Shown here: piece after piece, positions 62,901 through 64,000 of the stretch
Layout of the letters: each line of letters opens with the position of its first letter
Position numbering within the stretch: position 1 is the first letter of the stretch
Assembly: GCA_046590575.1 (NCBI GenBank)
Contig: JBKJUS010000165.1
Coordinates: 8,635-72,634, forward strand
Length of the DNA: 64,000 bases
Reading direction: 5' to 3'
From: Mycobacteriales bacterium
GTDB lineage: Bacteria; Actinomycetota; Actinomycetes; BP-191
Program-made: the position numbers and the translations under genes
The notes under the pieces: generated by a model
What the model saw: the letters and a program-made list of their open reading frames with translations, nothing else
The model's database searches: none
What the model was told of the DNA's origin: nothing

Positions 62901-63924
62901 TCAGCTTGCCTCCGTCAAGGTCGACGTCGGAGCCGAGGAATGTGACGCCATGCTGGTCGACGGCCGCCTGGGTGTCCCTCACCAGATGGTCGATCTCGGC
63001 CGCCGCAGCGGCCACCCCCAGCTCATTGATCAGACTGTCGGTCCCAGTGAACTGCACGAACGCGACCGTCACGCTCCGGTGCTCGGGCTCGACCGAGCCA
63101 CTGAGCAAGTGCTCGCGCAGGGCGGTCGGCAGGCAGCTGGCGAGGTCACCTGACGGCGCCTCCGGCGAGGCGACGTCAGATCCGACCGCACCGCCCGCGG
63201 GCGCCCGCCGCAGCAGTCGTCCCGGCCCCTTCGCCGCACCGACCACTGCCTGCGGCAGGAGAGCAGCCAGCGACTGGCTGACGACGATCTCGCCGCGCTC
63301 GGCCGCCTGCTCCATGCGTACGACCTCGCTCGCTGCGGGGCCGGTGATCAACAGCTCGCGGTGCGAGTCGCCCACCAGAAACAGCTGGAAGCACCCGGTG
63401 TGCACGCCCACCGACATCTGGAGGGTGACCGGGCGGCCGTCCCCGTCGATCGGGCCCATCGCTCGCAGCTCTTGGCGCATCCTGGCCGCGGCGCGGCAGG
63501 CGTGCAGGGGGTGGTCGTCGGCGGTGAAGAGGAGCAGCAGCGCATCGCCACCGAACTTGAGCAGGCTCGCCCCGTGGTCGTAGGCGACGGCCAGTAGCCG
63601 CTCGAAGCACCCGCCGATGGTCTCGGTCAGGTCCTCGGCGCCGACCTTGCCCCGCCGCGCGAGTCGCTCGGAGAGCTTGGTGAACCCGGAGATGTCCACG
63701 AAGGCGACGGTGCCGTCGACGTCGCGATAGGTGTCGTCCGGGGTCTCGGCCAGCCAGGTCGAGATCAGGCGCGGGGAGTAGGGGCTCGCCGGGTCCCGAA
63801 GCGGCACCGCGGACTGCGGGGGCATACCTGGAGTGTGCGGCCTCGCGGCGTCGGACGCCGTCAGGTACCCGACAGTGCCCGGAAGGCCAACGTTCGGCGA
63901 GTCTTCCGTCGAAGCAGTCACCAC
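59983..63924 (-). CDS. Tandem class-III nucleotide cyclase domains + AAA/STAND-type P-loop NTPase + TPR repeats
   Basis: GTG 63924 (ATG 63825 is also possible). CHD1: VAFVDISGFT...KFGGDALLLLF. CHD2: VAFVQFTGTD...TYTVMGDAVNLAARV. P-loop GEPGIGKSRL with hhhhDD (VVVIDDAHWVDEAS). The C-terminal ~550 aa are TPR-like helical repeats. Confidence 0.85.
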   Translation of the reverse strand: MVTASTEDSPNVGLPGTVGYLTASDAARPHTPGMPPQSAVPLRDPASPYSPRLISTWLAETPDDTYRDVDGTVAFVDISGFTKLSERLARRGKVGAEDLTETIGGCFERLLAVAYDHGASLLKFGGDALLLLFTADDHPLHACRAAARMRQELRAMGPIDGDGRPVTLQMSVGVHTGCFQLFLVGDSHRELLITGPAASEVVRMEQAAERGEIVVSQSLAALLPQAVVGAAKGPGRLLRRAPAGGAVGSDVASPEAPSGDLASCLPTALREHLLSGSVEPEHRSVTVAFVQFTGTDSLINELGVAAAAAEIDHLVRDTQAAVDQHGVTFLGSDVDLDGGKLILVAGAPVTTGADDFGMLVALRDVLAVDRRLTVRAGVNRGAVFAGAIGPHYRRTYTVMGDAVNLAARVMGKAGSSQILMTEVVGERLDGRFETTALEPFAVKGKSALVRALVVGPMVASQTTAPVSRTGPLVGRDAELGALRLALESARAGRGSLFEIVGEPGIGKSRLVEELLADATDVSRVSGSGHSYERLTPYHAVRQLLRGVLGIDADSDQETAGRQLLEMLGAVAADLLPWAPLIAIPLHAVVSPTAEVDRLDDGFRKARLESSVVHLLERLLSGPTVVVIDDAHWVDEASADLLRALMLEMEEQPWLFCLLRRDVETGLSAPRTPQATQLCPGPLADEHLTALAEALTEDRPFAPHETAALVARAGGNPLFLAELLTATRAGGDRSVAELPDSLEAVVMARIDRLPSRERSLLRRLSVLGTTFDRQLAESTLGDELPGDDDPAWGRLAEFVAPDGPRSFRFQHTLIRDGAYESMPFRLRRELHARVGETLERASEGDSATLAGLLSLHYASAHRYPAALHYSRLAAEQARAIYAAVEAANFYVRAIDAAERLRLDPIELAPLHEAHGDVRQRIGEFGRAARAYRAARIAFGDDLIGRARMLLKQGVVRQRMGRFAQARRWFFQAKKALAGAEGSEAATLRAQVSVAFASLAKDEGRMRLVVKWSTRCLEEAQLAGDKESMARAYSFLDATFGMLGQWEKAAYSDQALELYLELDDLWGQGVVLNNLGTRAYWQGRWDDAVTLYERGGAAWEQIGDAVNAAISAVNIAEIRSDQGRLDEAEPLIRKALRVWGAAGDRAGVAYARSTLGRLAARAGRFDEAMELLEEAQAEFHAAGAEGDLRSTEACIAECLVLRGDGDLALALVDLPADDAAGGDPQEPLLHRIVGYAHAARGDITAAEAAFEHSLAAARARRTDYEVALTQRALADVTERLGGDSTALRAESAEILARLGVVQVPEPPALLTTRLS

Positions 63925-64000
63925 CCCGGGTTAGCCTGCTCCCCTCCCTTCATCCCTGACCCGCTCTGCCGTGCCCAGAAAGTGCCAGTGACCTCTCCCG

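Noticed and set aside
59983-63924. Cyclase-STAND-TPR protein as an Avs-like or Pycsar-like antiviral system
   Set aside because: The architecture (N-terminal effector, STAND NTPase, TPR) is reminiscent of such systems. However, no cyclic-nucleotide-activated effector gene is adjacent within the window. Similar cyclase-ATPase proteins are known as regulatory adenylyl cyclases in mycobacteria. The defence idea is kept only as a remote possibility pending neighbourhood analysis beyond 64000.
1-64000. Search by eye for tRNA/rRNA genes, transposases, integrases, phage genes, toxin-antitoxin pairs and GC-skewed islands
   Set aside because: I saw no T-loop-type GGTTCGAATCC-like tRNA signatures, no rRNA-like stretches and no transposase or integrase motifs (DDE, tyrosine recombinase R..H..R..Y). 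Composition looks uniformly GC-rich apart from short promoter-like dips around 30730-30790, 43600-43680 and 58660-58720. A covariance-model scan (tRNAscan-SE or Infernal) would be needed for certainty.

Overview
This is a very GC-rich window with strong G/C bias at third codon positions, typical of an actinobacterial chromosome (Nocardioides/Propionibacteriales-like by eye). Taxonomy cannot be proven from the sequence alone. I call about 55 protein-coding genes. I found no rRNA, tRNA, CRISPR array, transposase, integrase or obvious prophage.

Most long ORFs in the track are antisense or out-of-frame shadows of real genes. Several track ORFs also carry spurious Arg/Pro-rich N-terminal extensions, which I trimmed to starts with signal peptides, RBS-like purine tracts or stop/start coupling.

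Gene content from left to right:
1. 653-16590 is a 16-kb same-strand array with stop/start coupling. It contains a fused LivH-LivM permease, an unusual MFS + LivF + LivG single ORF, MoxR, DUF58, a split and cysteine-free TgpA-like pseudo-transglutaminase, lipoproteins, a family-5 solute-binding protein (SBP) and a class-I PMI-like enzyme.
2. 16618-24657 is a GntR-controlled glycan-type locus. It has a SASA-like esterase, two DUF4185-like paralogues, an (alpha/alpha)6-like hydrolase and a LivK-like SBP. A shared palindromic operator candidate sits in front of both transcription units.
3. Two LPXTG-type surface proteins follow: a CocE/NonD peptidase and a protein carrying a (Ser-Ala)n hexanucleotide microsatellite.
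4. Core genes include fbaA, PAC2, PPOX-like, DUF2203, DUF4192, msrA, trmH-like, a rhodanese, DUF3039, xthA, a rhomboid, HhH-GPD and PIG-L.
5. There is a PAS / MBL-hydrolase / sigma-region-4-only mini-operon.
6. There is an asymmetric heterodimeric ABC exporter pair.
7. The right end holds a 1313-aa protein with tandem class-III cyclase domains, a STAND-type P-loop and TPR repeats. The two cyclase domains carry complementary catalytic residues.

All family assignments come from motif recognition by eye. None was confirmed by a database search.
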